A DNA stretch of 64,000 nucleotides from the human T2T-CHM13v2.0 reference genome, Homo sapiens: NCBI RefSeq assembly GCF_009914755.1, contig NC_060934.1; one strand, written 5' to 3'. Position 1 is the stretch's first letter, and each line of letters begins with the position of its first letter. This document shows positions 45,093-58,953 of the stretch, piece after piece. The notes beneath the pieces are model-generated. The model was not told the DNA's origin. It did no database searches and saw only the letters and a list, made by a program, of their open reading frames with translations. A program made the translations under genes and the position numbers.

Positions 45093-45763
45093 TTGTATGT
45101 GATTTTAAAACACATTTTGAAGTGTAACCCTGAACACGAACCTAAAACTTCCACCTGCATATGATTTTCTTCATTCTGGTGGAAAATGCACTGAACTCCC
45201 TTTTTGCATCATGAAATTCCTGTATTCAAAATACTGTCCGCCAAAGTAATTCTTACCTTTGAACAGAATCCTTACCTCTAAGAACATACTCTATGATTAA
45301 CTGCTTTTTCTATTTCAAAAACCCTTACTTTGCTCTTTGGAGATGGAAATCTCAAAATCACTCCTTCTAGCAGATCTCAGAGGCCAAGACCCATCAGCTC
45401 ATCCTTTAATTGGGTCTTTGGCTATAAGATGAAAGTCTGTAGAATACCAGTGGCTTTAAGAAGTTTTATAATTTGTCACGCATTCTTCTTAAGTGTTTTC
45501 TAAGTGGTGCCCAACTGAGAAAGGGGAATTGTAAAAGCAACGTTCTACTTCAATAGGAAACGCAGAACTGGGCCCTGATTCACAGGGACAGACCTGGTCT
45601 CTGGCGAGCTCTGGGCCTGTGGAGCGACCTGGCTCACTGGAGAATGGGACCCTCAGGCCCCCAAGGCCACACCCTACACGTCTGTACAGGATGGCACTCG
45701 GCGGGTGGCCCTTTTCTAATGTGTACCCTGCTGTGGGGCTGGCTCTCAGCAAAGCAGCGCTCA

Positions 45764-46165
45764 CCGAAACGAAAGTAAAACAGAGGCCGGTTCCCTGCGG
45801 TGCTGGCCACCCGCTCCCGAGCCGCAGCTTCTCGGACGTCGCACACCCCGATGTGGGCAGAGCGGAATGTTCTCCTCGGCGCTCCTTCACTGTGCTGCAG
45901 TCTACACCGAACCACGGCAGCTCCATTCGCTGCTGTAACAAGTTGAAAAAAAACTAATTAATTCAAACTTTAGTTTTTTTTAAATTTGTTACAGCGCTGA
46001 GCAGAGCTGCCGACCCCATGCAGGACAGCACACAGACCACCAAGGGGACCACAGGGCACGACCGCCCTCTGCGCCCGGCTAAGGCCAGGGCCACCGCGGG
46101 AGGCACGGTGCGCTGGAGAACCGTCCTGGCAAGCGAGGAACCGCTTCTGTTTCACTTTTGTTTGG
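45764..46165. repeat. Imperfect ~400-bp palindrome with 12-nt loop at 45958-45969
   Basis: Inner arms gctgtaacaagttgaaaaaaaactaa / ttagttttttttaaatttgttacagc; outer arms ccgaaacgaaagtaaaacagaggccggttcc / ggaaccgcttctgtttcacttttgtttgg. Confidence 0.88.
45765..45932 (-). CDS. DIP2C: In-frame cassette exon of DIP2C (168 nt, phase 1-1): (T)ANGAAVVRCRLQHSEGAPRRTFRSAHIGVCDVREAAARERVASTAGNRPLFYFRF(G)
   Basis: Acceptor ttttttttcaacttgttacag|CAGCGAAT, donor CGTTTCG|gtgagc; length divisible by 3; no stop in the exon 2/exon 3 frame; CpG-rich; overlaps ORF 45634..45915. Confidence 0.75.
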
Positions 46166-47445
46166 CAAGGCAAGAAAGTTAAAACCAACAGCGTCCGTGG
46201 CCTACAGTCAGACCCCACCTTCTGCAGCACATGAGGGCACCTGCAGAGGGGAACTCACAGGGACAGGGCGGGGGCAGCTGTCGCCCCATGGCTCTGCGAG
46301 AAGAGAATGAGGGAGGGGGCGCAGGCCATCAGGGGATCTACCCAGCACTGCCCTGAAGCCTCTCGCCCCAGCATTCCAGCCCAGCCCTCTGCTCCCCTTC
46401 TCTCGGGTTCCTCGGCGTCTATCCCTGACTTAAGCCTCTGCTAAGCAAGGTCCACAGAAACATGTTCACTGTTACATCACTGTCTCAAAAATCAAGGCAA
46501 GAAAAACACGAAATGAAAACAAAACTACCAATAGCAGAATCTCCACACCGTTTCCTGCAGCCTGAGCCTCAGGAAACTTTCCTTACTGAGTCAACAGGAC
46601 CCGGACGGGCCTCGGGAAGAACAGAATCGGGGTTTGTGCAGGTGTGGACATGTGCATCCTTAAACCTTCTAAAATCTTCTTTCAATGGTAAGAACTATGC
46701 AAGTTCAATTTCCACCTTTAAAATTTATGTTGCTAGCCTTTATGTTTGAGGAAGAAACTGCTTGTGTTAGCTTTAAGCCATTCCTCAAGCCTACCAAATT
46801 TTCAAGGTCGCTCTTGGGCTGAATTGAGCTTGCCAGCTGGGAACTGAGGTGCTAGAATCCCCATCTAATATGAGATTCTTTTTCCTGACATTTACAGAAC
46901 CCAGCTCAAGTGCAGGAAAGCTGCCAATCTGCACACGTAGAAACGCTGGCGGGAAACCGACTGCCCTTCTCAAGAATCATCATGGATGTTTGCAACCACA
47001 TCTCAACACACAACCAGCTTTCACGATTGCCAAGTCCTGGGCGGGGTATCACAGCACTGTCTAGATTTGGCCTGTGCCACCAACAGAAGCCTTGGATTAA
47101 ACCAGAATCAATAGTAATAAATAGCTCTCTAAACCAAATAATATGTTGAAATCACTAATGCACTCATATTTTTACGATTATAGCATTTTAAAGTAACCAA
47201 CCCAATACTGATCTCTACTTATAGAGAAAACACCTATTAGGCACACTTATAGAAAAATCCTCTGTGCCTTGTATATTCACACAGCACGTGTGATCACTCA
47301 AAGGAACTGAATGCCTGGAGGGTGAACGCCAGACGCCTCCTCCTGCCGACTGGGAAGCAAGGGAGCGTCTGCCTCCAGATGTTTCTCTGGCACATAGTGA
47401 ATGCGGGAAATGAGAGGACTCATGCTACTCATGGGGGTTACCTAC

Positions 47446-47517
47446 TCGGAGGCTGCGGAAGGTAGGCTCCAATTAACTTTGACCTCTTCTTTTCATATCC
47501 TTTTTGTGTGATGTCAC
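47446..47517 (-). CDS. DIP2C: DIP2C coding exon 2 (72 nt, phase 1-1), DMAP1-binding domain region: (G)DITQKGYEKKRSKLIGAYLPQPP(R)
   Basis: Minus strand ccttctcttgcag|GTGACATCACACAAAAAGGA...CAGCCTCCGA|gtaggt; open frame; GDITQKGYEKKR is the DIP2-family motif. Confidence 0.95.
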
Positions 47518-48554
47518 CTGCAAGAGAAGGAAAATGAAGTTCAGTATGGTCTCCGTGGATAGAGCATTATCATTCAACGGTGCCCAAGAAGACACAGTTA
47601 TCACAGTATCTTCTGTGTGCCTCATTGTTAGAATTTTAAAAGCAAGCACTGCACATCAAACAACTTCAGTTCCTCCCCTGCTCTCGAACAAAAGCCCACA
47701 GCATGTAAGTCACTAAAACTCATTTGTTAAACACACGCCTGTTTCTGGCCCCTTCTGTATTTATCCGGATGGGGTCCAGGGTTAGACCCCTGCCATCTCA
47801 TCCCCACCCGCTGGCACAGGAAGCCAAGCCTGGTGGCCGGGGCTCTCGTTAACTCAGTCAACGACAGATCCTGCAGCTGCCAGGGCCGGGATGGCCGACA
47901 CCAGCACCTATTGGCATCTTCTTCATTAACAAGATGTTTTCTAACCAAGCAGGTCGGTCACAAGGACTTGAAGCCGCCACAGTGTTTTTGAAAAAGGAGT
48001 GACAAAGGCTAAGGGAAGAAGCAAAAGGTGTGAAACCTGCAGAAATCCAGAAGACAAGAGAAAGGTGCTTGTGGTGAGGCAAGAATCCACATGTTAAAGC
48101 TCACAGACAGCCACGGACGCGCAGCAGCCATGCCTTTCCTGGAGCCAGCGCAAGCACACAGGACAAAGCCACCTCATCGACACACAGAGGCCCTTCCCAT
48201 TCACAAGCTCCAGCACACACAGAATACTCATTCGCTGTTCATTTTTTTGGATCTGTTGTATTGTTTTCTAAGACTGATCAAACCATAATTCCAAGAAGAG
48301 TGAAAAATTCAAGCTTTAACAAAAATATAGCAAATGAATGAAAAGTTATCAAGGTACACACACAAGCTGGTCAACTCGCTTTTCCTAGTGAAAGGCGGGC
48401 AGTCTCGGATGCTGCCTCTGCCTCCACGGCTGCCTCCACCAACTCACAGCTCATGATACAGGTTCTCGTCTCCCCCACGGAACACAAGGCTGACGTCTCA
48501 ACACGGAGCCAAGAACCAAATGACACGGAACCCGCATCCGCCCATCAATGAGTG

Positions 48555-48860
<306 letters not shown>

Positions 48861-49384
48861 GATGCTAACTAGGTAGCTGGCCACTGACAACAAAGGACAA
48901 TTTCTGCAGAAATGTTAAAGCTTGCCGGGCACTCCACACCGGCAGCCATCAGCTGCCCACTACGGAGACGCTCAGTTGCTTTTGGAAATGCCTTGTTAAC
49001 CCGTTTTACAAACAATGTCCAAAATCTGAACCACAGAAGCAGCCACATGTGCACGTGCTTGATTTAAATCGAGCCCCCAGTCAATCAGCAAAGAAAATTT
49101 CCAGACAAGACTTTAATAAATCCTAGGTTACTATCATCTCTCAAAACCTAGGAGGTGGGAAAGGGTGGCAGCACTGAGTAACTTCCATGCCCCGCATTTT
49201 CCCCCAAACCAGGGTCTGGGAACTAAGTCTCGAGGCTGAGCCCAGCTTCCAGGCCACTTCTGGAGACACGCTCTGTGCTCACGGCCTGCTCCTTGCCGAG
49301 CTGCAAGGCAAGACAGTTCAGTGCAGCTCTTCACAGGAGGGTTTGCTGGCCCATCCCCAAAGATGAAAGTGTTTAATCCTTATA

Positions 49385-49520
49385 AGAACTTATTTTACAG
49401 ATGAGAATTTGAGGCACAAATGGTACTCACGTTCCTCACCCAGGACCACAAATCTAAGACAAAACTCTGTCCAGCTCCAAAACCATGTCCCATGAAAACC
49501 ACACCTAGAGTCTTCCACTC
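49385..49520 (-). mobile_element. MIR fragment
   Basis: tattttacagatgagaatttgaggcaca; boundaries approximate. Confidence 0.55.
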
Positions 49521-50523
49521 TAAAGCTGGTGTGGTGCCCAGAGGCCGCAGCCCTGGCTTCCTGGGCTTTCCTCGCATGTTCACGCCCCGTACATCCTCCT
49601 GACTCCATAACCTGCCTGGGAAGTGCCCTTCTCCGAAGGAAACGGGACTCTACTTCCTGCTTTGCCCTCTCCCAGCCCCTGCCCTGCATGGATGACGCCT
49701 CTGGGTACCCACGGCATAAATCACACGCTGTAGCTTGCGTGATGTCGTGGATGACTGTTCATGGTTTATTTGTAACACACATGCACAGTTATCCTTAAAA
49801 CCAGACAATGTCCCATAGAACTGTGCCCCAACCCAGTTGTCTTACAAACTGAAGCCAGGGTGCTCCTGCGTGTACCACATGTACCACACACACAGACGTC
49901 TGTGCCTGACGCAGAGAGACCTGCAGGTAAGTGACTGGCTGGGAGTGCGCTGAAGACCTGGGCAGACGCGGGGTGATCATTTACCTGTTCAGTTACTGGG
50001 GGGCGGGCAAAGGGGAAACTTACGATGATTCTATCCCAAAATGCAGAAGACGACGGCTTGATGTGCATGCTACCCCAAAGCCGAAGCGCTGGATGCCACG
50101 GCCCTGAGACCAGGCTCACTCAGGCCCCAAAGCTCATGGCTCACAAACTCCTGCTACGTTTTCATGGAAAAAGTCCAGTTATTTTTAACTCTGGACTGCC
50201 TCAGCATCTGGTAGACAGAGGTCCACCAGATTCCCATGATAGACTCGCTGCAGGTTTACATGAGCAAACCTTCTAGCAGCACTTTTACATGCCGTCCTTT
50301 ATTTTGAAGAACCAATGTTTCCCGTGCGAATACAATCAGGTCATAGGTGACAGGTAGATAATAGATGATGCATATAGACAGACGACAGAGATGATGGACA
50401 GATGGCAGGTGGTGGGAGGTGAGAGACTGACAGGCAGAAGCTAGCTGGCTGACTACACAGTATCCTCCCTGAACAGCTTCTTGGGTTGGGCCCAAGGCCT
50501 GACCTTCAATCAATGCCACGCTG

Positions 50524-51017
50524 TCACTAGGGAGACGGTGGCTCTGACAGTGCCTGGTGCTTCCTCCATTTCACACTAGGGACACAGTGGCTCTGACAGA
50601 GCCTGGTGCTTCCTCCATTTCACACTAGGGACACGGTGGCTCTGACGGTGCCCGGGGCTTCCTCCACTTCACACTAGGGACACGGTGGCTCTGACGGTGC
50701 CCGGGGCTTCCTCCACTTCACACTAGGGACACGGTGGCTCTGACGGTGCCCGGGGCTTCCTCCACTTCACACTAGGGACACGGTGGCTCTGACGGTGCCC
50801 GGGGCTTCCTCCACCTTCACACTAGGGACACGGTGGCTCTGACGGTGCCCAGGGCTTCCTCCATTTCACACCAGGGACATGGTGGCTCTGACGGTGCCTG
50901 GTCCTTCCTCCATTTCACACCAGGGACATGGTGGCTCTGACAGTGCCCGAGCCTTCCTCCATTTCACACCAGGGACACGGTGGCTCTGACGGTGCCTGGG
51001 GCTTCCTCCATTTCACA
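50524..51017. repeat. Minisatellite, 49-bp unit x ~10
   Basis: tcacactagggacacggtggctctgacggtgcccggggcttcctccact repeated. Confidence 0.95.
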
Positions 51018-52696
51018 TTGGTTCAGGCTGAATGATCAATTAATTCCTGCCTCTCTTCTCTCCCTCTCACCTTGCGTCCATCAGGGCATGTGGTCATCAG
51101 CATGCAGCTACGTAAACTAAAGGCGCAAATGCTCCGAAAGAGGGCACATCCTTCCCCACGTTTCTAAGCTGGGGCCATCACGTGTCTGTTATCCCGCTAG
51201 GCGTATCCACTGCTCACAGCCTGCTTGTTCATATTTCCCCAAACCTGGAAGCGATGGGAACGTCATCCAAGGCTATTTCGAAAGTCAACTCCCGTCTCCG
51301 GGGAGGCCCTCCGGGAGGCTGGGTCTAAGGCACACCCTCAAGGCTGCTGTCAGAGAATGTGAACCACAGGAGCCCCTGCCAGAGCGCTTTCCACGTAAAA
51401 TTCCAAACAGCATATTTTCCTGCTTCCACATCAAGGTACCCATTTATTTAATTTCCTTTTCACTTTATGACAGAAAAGTAAATGCAGTAATTGTAACCTC
51501 AGTGAGAAAAATAAGTGATCTCTTTAGAAACATTTTCTACTTCATTAAAAAAACGCCACTTATGTTATTCTCAGAGACTTTCCGTAAGAATTAAAATTTC
51601 AGAAGCAGAAATTAAAATCACAAAGAGGAGAGATTTACACACAAGTCCTACTTTGGAAGTGAAAACCCCAGTGAGGCAAAGTCACCAGCAGAAGGTCGAA
51701 TGAGACTGAGGGATGATGCTTCTTTCCCTCCCTGAAGGGAACAATTCTTTTTCTCACTTATGTTGCAATCCAGAGTTTCAGGGCAAAACCCAATCTTACA
51801 AAAGCAGGGAAAGGTCTGCCTGGCAAACGCAGGGTTAAGATGACAGAACAGACAGACACCCAGCCCTTGTGGCTTCCTCTCGGCCTCAGGCACGCACCAG
51901 CCAATCTGGCCCAACTGGAACCAGTGCAGAGCCAGTGCTGTGAACGTCAGGCTCAAGACACGGACACTTGGGAGCCGCGTGACCCTAGGGGATGAAAGAA
52001 ACGGGCCACAGAGCTGCTTCCACAGCGTGGCTCAGCTCCAAGCACACAGACCCACTCGGCAGTGGCGGTTTCCATGTGCAGTGTCAGGAGACTATTTAAT
52101 GCTGGAATTAATAGTTTATATAACAAAGCAATCGTTTCCATGTTGGGAATTCTACGGCTGTCAGGAGCCCTGGTGCTGCTGCTCTGAGCCTATTGCTTTA
52201 TAAGGAGCCAGGAGGCCCCGGAAGGCAAGGCCGCAGCCTCGTTTTTAAATCTCCGATAGGCTTCTTCGTTCTCCAGCAGGCGCTGCAGACCGGTGACAGC
52301 TCCTGTGTGTACCCCTCGCCTGCACTGGGGACAGGGGCAGGAGGACCTGGGATGTCCTCTCACCCCAGCAAGCTGAGCACAGCAGGGTCCCCCATGGGCC
52401 AGCTAACTAGTGTGGGTCGCATTTTTCTCATGGATAAAATATTGGAGATAGCACCTATCTACTTGCTGCCGCAGATGGAGAGATCAAACACACAGGATGT
52501 GAAGGTCTCAAAGCACTAAGGACACAAGAAAATCTTTAAAAAAAGTTCAACAAGCATTCATTCAGTATCTATTTCACATTCAATTCATGAGAGACGTCCA
52601 AGTTGATGGGAGGACTCATGAACACAGACCTGCTGTGCACCCTGCAGGGCCACAGGTATCGCCCCGTCAGGGGAGGGAGGCAAAGAAGATGGACCA

Positions 52697-52860
52697 CAGA
52701 AAACCAGGGGCTAGGAAGAAGCTCAGAATCCTGACCCCAGAAAACAGGGGCTAGGAGGAATCTCAAAATCCCGACCCCAGAAAACAGGGGCAAGAGGAAT
52801 CTCAAAATCCCGACCCCAGAAAACAGGGGCTAAGAGGAATCTCAAAATCCTGACCCCTGA
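52697..52860. repeat. Minisatellite, ~40-bp unit x 4
   Basis: cagaaaacaggggctaggaggaatctcaaaatcccgaccc repeated. Confidence 0.9.
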
Positions 52861-55341
52861 GAACCCAGTTGTTGCTCTGCTCTGATGTCAACCACCATCT
52901 AGGGACCCCAGACGCCGCGGGCCCCCGTGTCGGAGACACTCCAGCTCTGGGGCTGAGGCTCCTTGCCCCAGGCATACCCCAGACAGCAGACAGAAGGGTC
53001 GCTGCAAGAATGCAAACGTGGTGAGCCTCTCTCCCCAAACTGCGTTGGAGGCTTCTCCCTGCTGTTTGGGCTGTGACCAAACTCCCCACAGGGCCTCCAA
53101 GTCCTTCCCAACCTGGCCCTGCCGCCTTGGCCACCCGTGCTCTGCCATGGCTCCACCTGCACCTGCTGTGCCCATCACCCCCTCATTCTCACAAGCCCCT
53201 GCCACATTTCCAGTGCAAGCATCGGCAGCTTAAATTCCATAAAGATCTTTTAAATAAGGTGCCAGGGTAAACATAAAGCCTGCACTAGGATTCATACATT
53301 CACCTGAGCTTTTTGCTTAATAAAAAACATTATTTATTGTTATTTAGTGCCTAGCGCCCCACACTCTGGGCGACAGAGCAAGACCCTGTCTCAAACAACA
53401 CACACACGCACACAAATATTTAATTAACGGTAGGAGCAGGAAAGAAACACATTTTAGACATGCTGTTGCAGTAAGATCTTACTCGGGCCAGGCAGGTGGA
53501 CAAGGTCACTTAGAGTTTTACCTTTTTGGTTTTAAATTTGTATTGTCCCCTGTAGCTCTTCTCTTTGGTACGTTAAGAACTCCAGTTAGAAAGGGGATTA
53601 AAGGAAACAGCATGTTTGGAATCCATTCTATTTGTAACACATGGATCAAAAGAACAGGTGAAAGATCAACAGAAGTTCACACCACCGCAGTGGTCTTGAA
53701 AATAAGCTTCTGATGTTAAAAGAGAATAATGTAGTATTAACAGTCCCTGAAGGGCTTAGAAATATGAATGCCGATGGAATTTTTTAAAATTCAAAGCACG
53801 TGTGCAGTGTGCCGCGCGGAGCAGAGGCTTTGTGAGTTTGAGGAGACTCCTGTCCTACTGCAGCCTCGAAACACCCCCTCCCTTCCAGTCCCTGGCAAGA
53901 CTGGGGGCTCTGCACGAGGTCCCCGGAGATGCCCCAGCAGTCATCCTGGCCAGTGGGAAGATTTAAACATGCCAGTTTCACACAAAACCGCTGTCATAAC
54001 TTGCTAAAAACTCTTCAGGCAAGCATAATTTCTCCAGTGTGTCCTGGGAGTTAGAAATCCCTCCTTCACACAAAAAGGAAAGAAACCCGACCTGTAGAAA
54101 GACAGCTCTGAGAAGACTATGCCGTATTAAACACAGCTACTTCCCTTTCCCATGACATTGATTCTCAATTTTGCAGATCTCAGGCCTCAGCAGTAAGTTG
54201 GTTTCAGTGGATGTTGTATTTACATTTTTTGGTGTTGGGGGGAGCGAGAAGGGGCAAGGTAGGGACAATGAAGCCCAGCTTCCATTATTTCCAGCTGGAC
54301 ATCGAGAAGCTGACGTGTAGAAGAATACCCAGCATGGCCCGCCGCCTGCTGTGGGCTCTTCTCAGATGGCCGCCGTGGGCCTCATGGCTTGAGAGCAAGT
54401 CTCTCACGCTCCACCCTCCGCTTCCCGACAGACAGAGGGAGAGACCCCCTCAGAGTTTTTTCTTTGGATTGGGAGGGAACATGAGCATGAGGACAGGTGG
54501 ACAGGAGAAAGGATGGAGGCCGATTATCCACCTACAAAGTCGGGGTCTTACTGCCAACTTTACAGACAACTATGTCATTTAAACACTCCACAAGCACTAT
54601 CATCCTTGTTTCACAGATGACAGTCTCAGCAAGTCCGAGATGCCCAAGGCATCTGGCCAAGGGCCAGACTGGTGGCAACAAAGTCATCGTGCAGAACCGC
54701 CTGGCCCAGTGCCGCCGTCCTACCTCCAACTACAGGAGACACTTCAGATGCCCCAGCAGGGAGAATATCACAGCCCTGCTGAAGGGGGAGGAGGACAACT
54801 GGAATAAACAAAATCCACGTCACTTCCAGGATCTGAAAAGTCACGCTGGACCACCCCGAGGTGAGTGGCAGAGTGGTCTATCCCGAGTGCTGGGCCACAG
54901 GGGATGGTCATGAACACACACTATGTGACCCCCTTCTTCATCAGAAAGTGCTTTTGGAGAAACAAGAGAACTGCTAAGGCTATCAAAGATGGAATCACTT
55001 TGACAGCAGAAAGAAGTGGGCTAACCTCAGTAAACACAAAAGCGCATGCAGTCCAGAGTCCTAAACCCCAGGAGGAGGACATCTCTGTCAACAGAGCTCC
55101 ATGGTCACTGTGTGTTCACACCAGAGTCAGAGGCGCGCAGTGACCTCAGCACCGGGGCCAACAGAGCCTCAACTTTCCACAACACATCAAGCATTATCTT
55201 CCTATTTTAGAAGCACACACTCCCTCACCCAGAGTCTGACTTTAAGTCTCTGCAGAATCATTTAAGCAGCTGCATAGTAGCTACGGCTTTCTGCTCAGTT
55301 GCCTTTTTAAGTCAAAGCTACCAAGAGTCAAAGCAATCCAA

Positions 55342-55467
55342 GAGGCTGCTCAACCAGTCAATATGCAGCATGAGAAAGCAAAGCTCAGAGAGAGGTGTAA
55401 TGAGGAGGCTGCTCAACCAGTCAATATGCAGCATGAGAAAGGAAAGCTCAGAGAGAGGTGTAGTGAG
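55342..55467. repeat. Tandem duplication, 63 bp x 2
   Basis: gaggctgctcaaccagtcaatatgcagcatgagaaag at 55342 and 55405. Confidence 0.9.
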
Positions 55468-55524
55468 CAGTCACGCCACCTGTGCCCATGTCAGGGGAAC
55501 CAAGGGGATCAGAAACGTAAATTC

Positions 55525-56243
55525 TGCAGTGTTGGCAAAGATGTGGAGCAAAGGGAACCCTTGCACGCTGTTGGTGGGAGTGCAAAGCAGAACAGCTGCT
55601 GTGGAAAATAGCATGGAGCATCTTCCAAAACTAGAAACAGGACTCTATGATCCAGCAATCCCATGTCTGGGTAAATATCCAAAGGAATTTAAACCAGTGT
55701 AAGGGAGAGATACCTGCATGCTCACATCCACTGCAGCACTATTGACAATCACTTCGATGTGGAATTGACCTACGCATCCATCAGTGGATGAACAGAGAAA
55801 TCATGGTGTATGGACAAAACAAATACTATTCAACTTAACGAACTAAATTCTGCCACTTACAAAAACATGGATAAACCTGGAAGATATTACGCTAAGTGAA
55901 ATAAAACAGGCACAGAAATACAAATACTGCATGATCTCACTTACATGTGGCATCTTAAAAAAGTAGAATTTGTAGAAACAGAGTGGAATAGGGGTTAGCA
56001 GGGACTGGGGAAGGGGAAACAGGGAGATGCTGGTCAAGGGCACACACTTCAAGAAAAAATGAGTCAATTCTGGAGACCGAATGTACAGTGTGGTAACTAC
56101 AGTTAATAACAATGTACCATCTGCCTGAAATTCAGTTAACAATGCATCATCTGCCTGAAACTGGGTAAGAGAATGGATCTTCTGTATTCTCACCACACAT
56201 ACAAATTAACTACAAGGTGAGGAATGTGTTATTAATAGCTTGA
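55525..56243 (+). mobile_element. L1MA/L1MB-type 3' end
   Basis: gttggcaaagatgtggagcaaagggaaccc...tatgatccagcaatccca...aacatggataaacctggaagatattacgctaagtgaaataa. Confidence 0.82.
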
Positions 56244-56484
56244 AGGGGCAGGAAAAAAACCTGAAATCCTTCCCCTCCTCCTCCCTAAAAACTATAGGTT
56301 TTGAATGTTGGTTTGTGTGGAAAAAATTCTGTTTCTTCTAGCGACTCTCTCAGTGAACAAAAAAAAAAAAATAAAGCATGCTGAAGTACAGTCACCCTTG
56401 GTGTCCGTGGGGGTGGGTTCCAGGGGTCAGGATCCCAAAGTCTGTGATGCTCAAGTCCCTGATAGAAAATGGCTCAGCATTTAC

Positions 56485-57629
56485 ATAGAACCCACATGTG
56501 CCCTCCCGTGTACTTAAAAATCTCTCTTACTCGCAATACCCCAATGTGACTGCTGAGTACACAGAACCCACAGTGCCCTCCCCATGTACTTAAATCTCTA
56601 CATTACTCTCAATACCCCAAAGAACATGAGTGCTGAGTACACAGAACCCATGGTGCCCTCCCGTGTCCTTAAAATCTCTACATTACTTGCAATACCCCAA
56701 AGTGAGTGCTGAGTACACAGAACCCACGGTGCCTTCCCGTGTACTTAAAATCTCTCCATTACTCGCAATACCTGAAGAAATGTTGAGTGCATAGAACCCA
56801 CGGTGCCCTCCTGTGTACTTACATCTCTACATTACTCTTAACACCCCAAACAACTTGAGTGCTGAGTACACAGAACCCACGGTGCCCTCCCGTGTACTTA
56901 AAATCTCTACATTACTCTCAATACCCCAAACAACGTTGAGTGCTGAGTGCACAGAACCCACGGTGCCCTCCCATGTACTTAAATCTCTACATTACTCTTA
57001 ATACCCCAAACAACGTGAGTGCTGAGTACACAGAACCAATGCATGCCCTCCCGTGTACTTAAAATCTCTACATTACTCTTAATACCCCAAACAACATGAG
57101 TGCTGAGTACACAGAACCAATGCATGCCCTCCCGTGTACTTAAAATCCCTACATTACTCTTAATACCCCAAACATGAGTGCTGACTACACAGAACCCACG
57201 GTGCCCTCCCGTGTACTTAAAATCTGTACATTACTCGCAATACCCCAAACAATGTGAGTGCTGAGTGCACAGAACCCACAGTGCCCTCCCGTGTACTTAA
57301 AATCTCTACATTACTCCCAAATACCCCAAACAACGTGAGTGCTGAGTACACACAACACATGGTGCCCTCCTGTGTACTTAAAATCTGTACATTACTCGCA
57401 ATACCCCAAACAACATGAGTGCTGAGTGCACAGAACCCACAGTGACCTCCCGTGTACTTAAAATCTCTACATTACTCGCAATACCCCAAACAATGTGAGT
57501 GCTGAGTGCATAGAACCCATGGTGCCCTCCCATGTACTTAAATCTCTACATTACTCGCAATACTCCAAACAATGTGAGTGCTGAGTGCACAGAACCCACG
57601 GTGCCCTCTGCTGTACTTAAAATCTCCAC
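56485..57629. repeat. Minisatellite, ~72-77-bp unit x ~15, inside MER2
   Basis: cagaacccacggtgccctcccgtgtacttaaaatctctacattactcgcaataccccaaacaacgtgagtgctgagtaca repeated. Confidence 0.95.
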
Positions 57630-57630
57630 A

Positions 57631-57930
<300 letters not shown>

Positions 57931-58660
57931 AATCTCTACCTTACTCACAATACCCCAAACAACGTGAGTGCTATGTAAATGGTGGGTGTACTGTATTGTT
58001 TAGGGAATAATGAAAAAGTCTACCCATGTTCAGAACAGGTTAGGCCATTCTTTTCTTTCTGAATATTTTCACTTTTAGTTTGGCTGCATCCAGGGCTATA
58101 GAACCCACGAATATGGAAGGCCAACTCTGCACCTTGGAAATTTTTAACATTCAGCAGGCAGGGGAAGGAATACAGGCTCTCCCCTCCCACACCCCTCATT
58201 ACTTCCTGGTCATTCTGCTGTGTCGGCTGCTTCTCTGTTGACCAACTTCACAGTCTGTCTTCATCAGCAATGGGGCAGCTCTGGACAGGGAGAAGCAGGC
58301 GTCCTTCACTTGCGAACTGTTTGCTGCGGCAACGAGCTCAAGACCTTGTCTTCTTCCAGACGCTCATACAAGGAATCCAAACCGTACGTAGTGAGGATCA
58401 GTCCTGCCACACACAGCAATGTCTTGGATCCAGAGAAGCTGAACATGCAGCCAGGGCTCCTCTGACACACGTAAGACCATGCAGAGAAGCGTCCGGTAAT
58501 GTTAGGGCACCTGGCTAGTTCCGCCATACAGATGGGATGCAGAGGAAGAATTTCTTGAAGCAACATTCATCATACATTTGGAGTTGAAATGCAAAATGCA
58601 AGCGCCAAAAAAAATTAGCTATTTTGGAATAGGTTGGGACAGGGAAAACATATGTCATGA

Positions 58661-58953
<293 letters not shown>

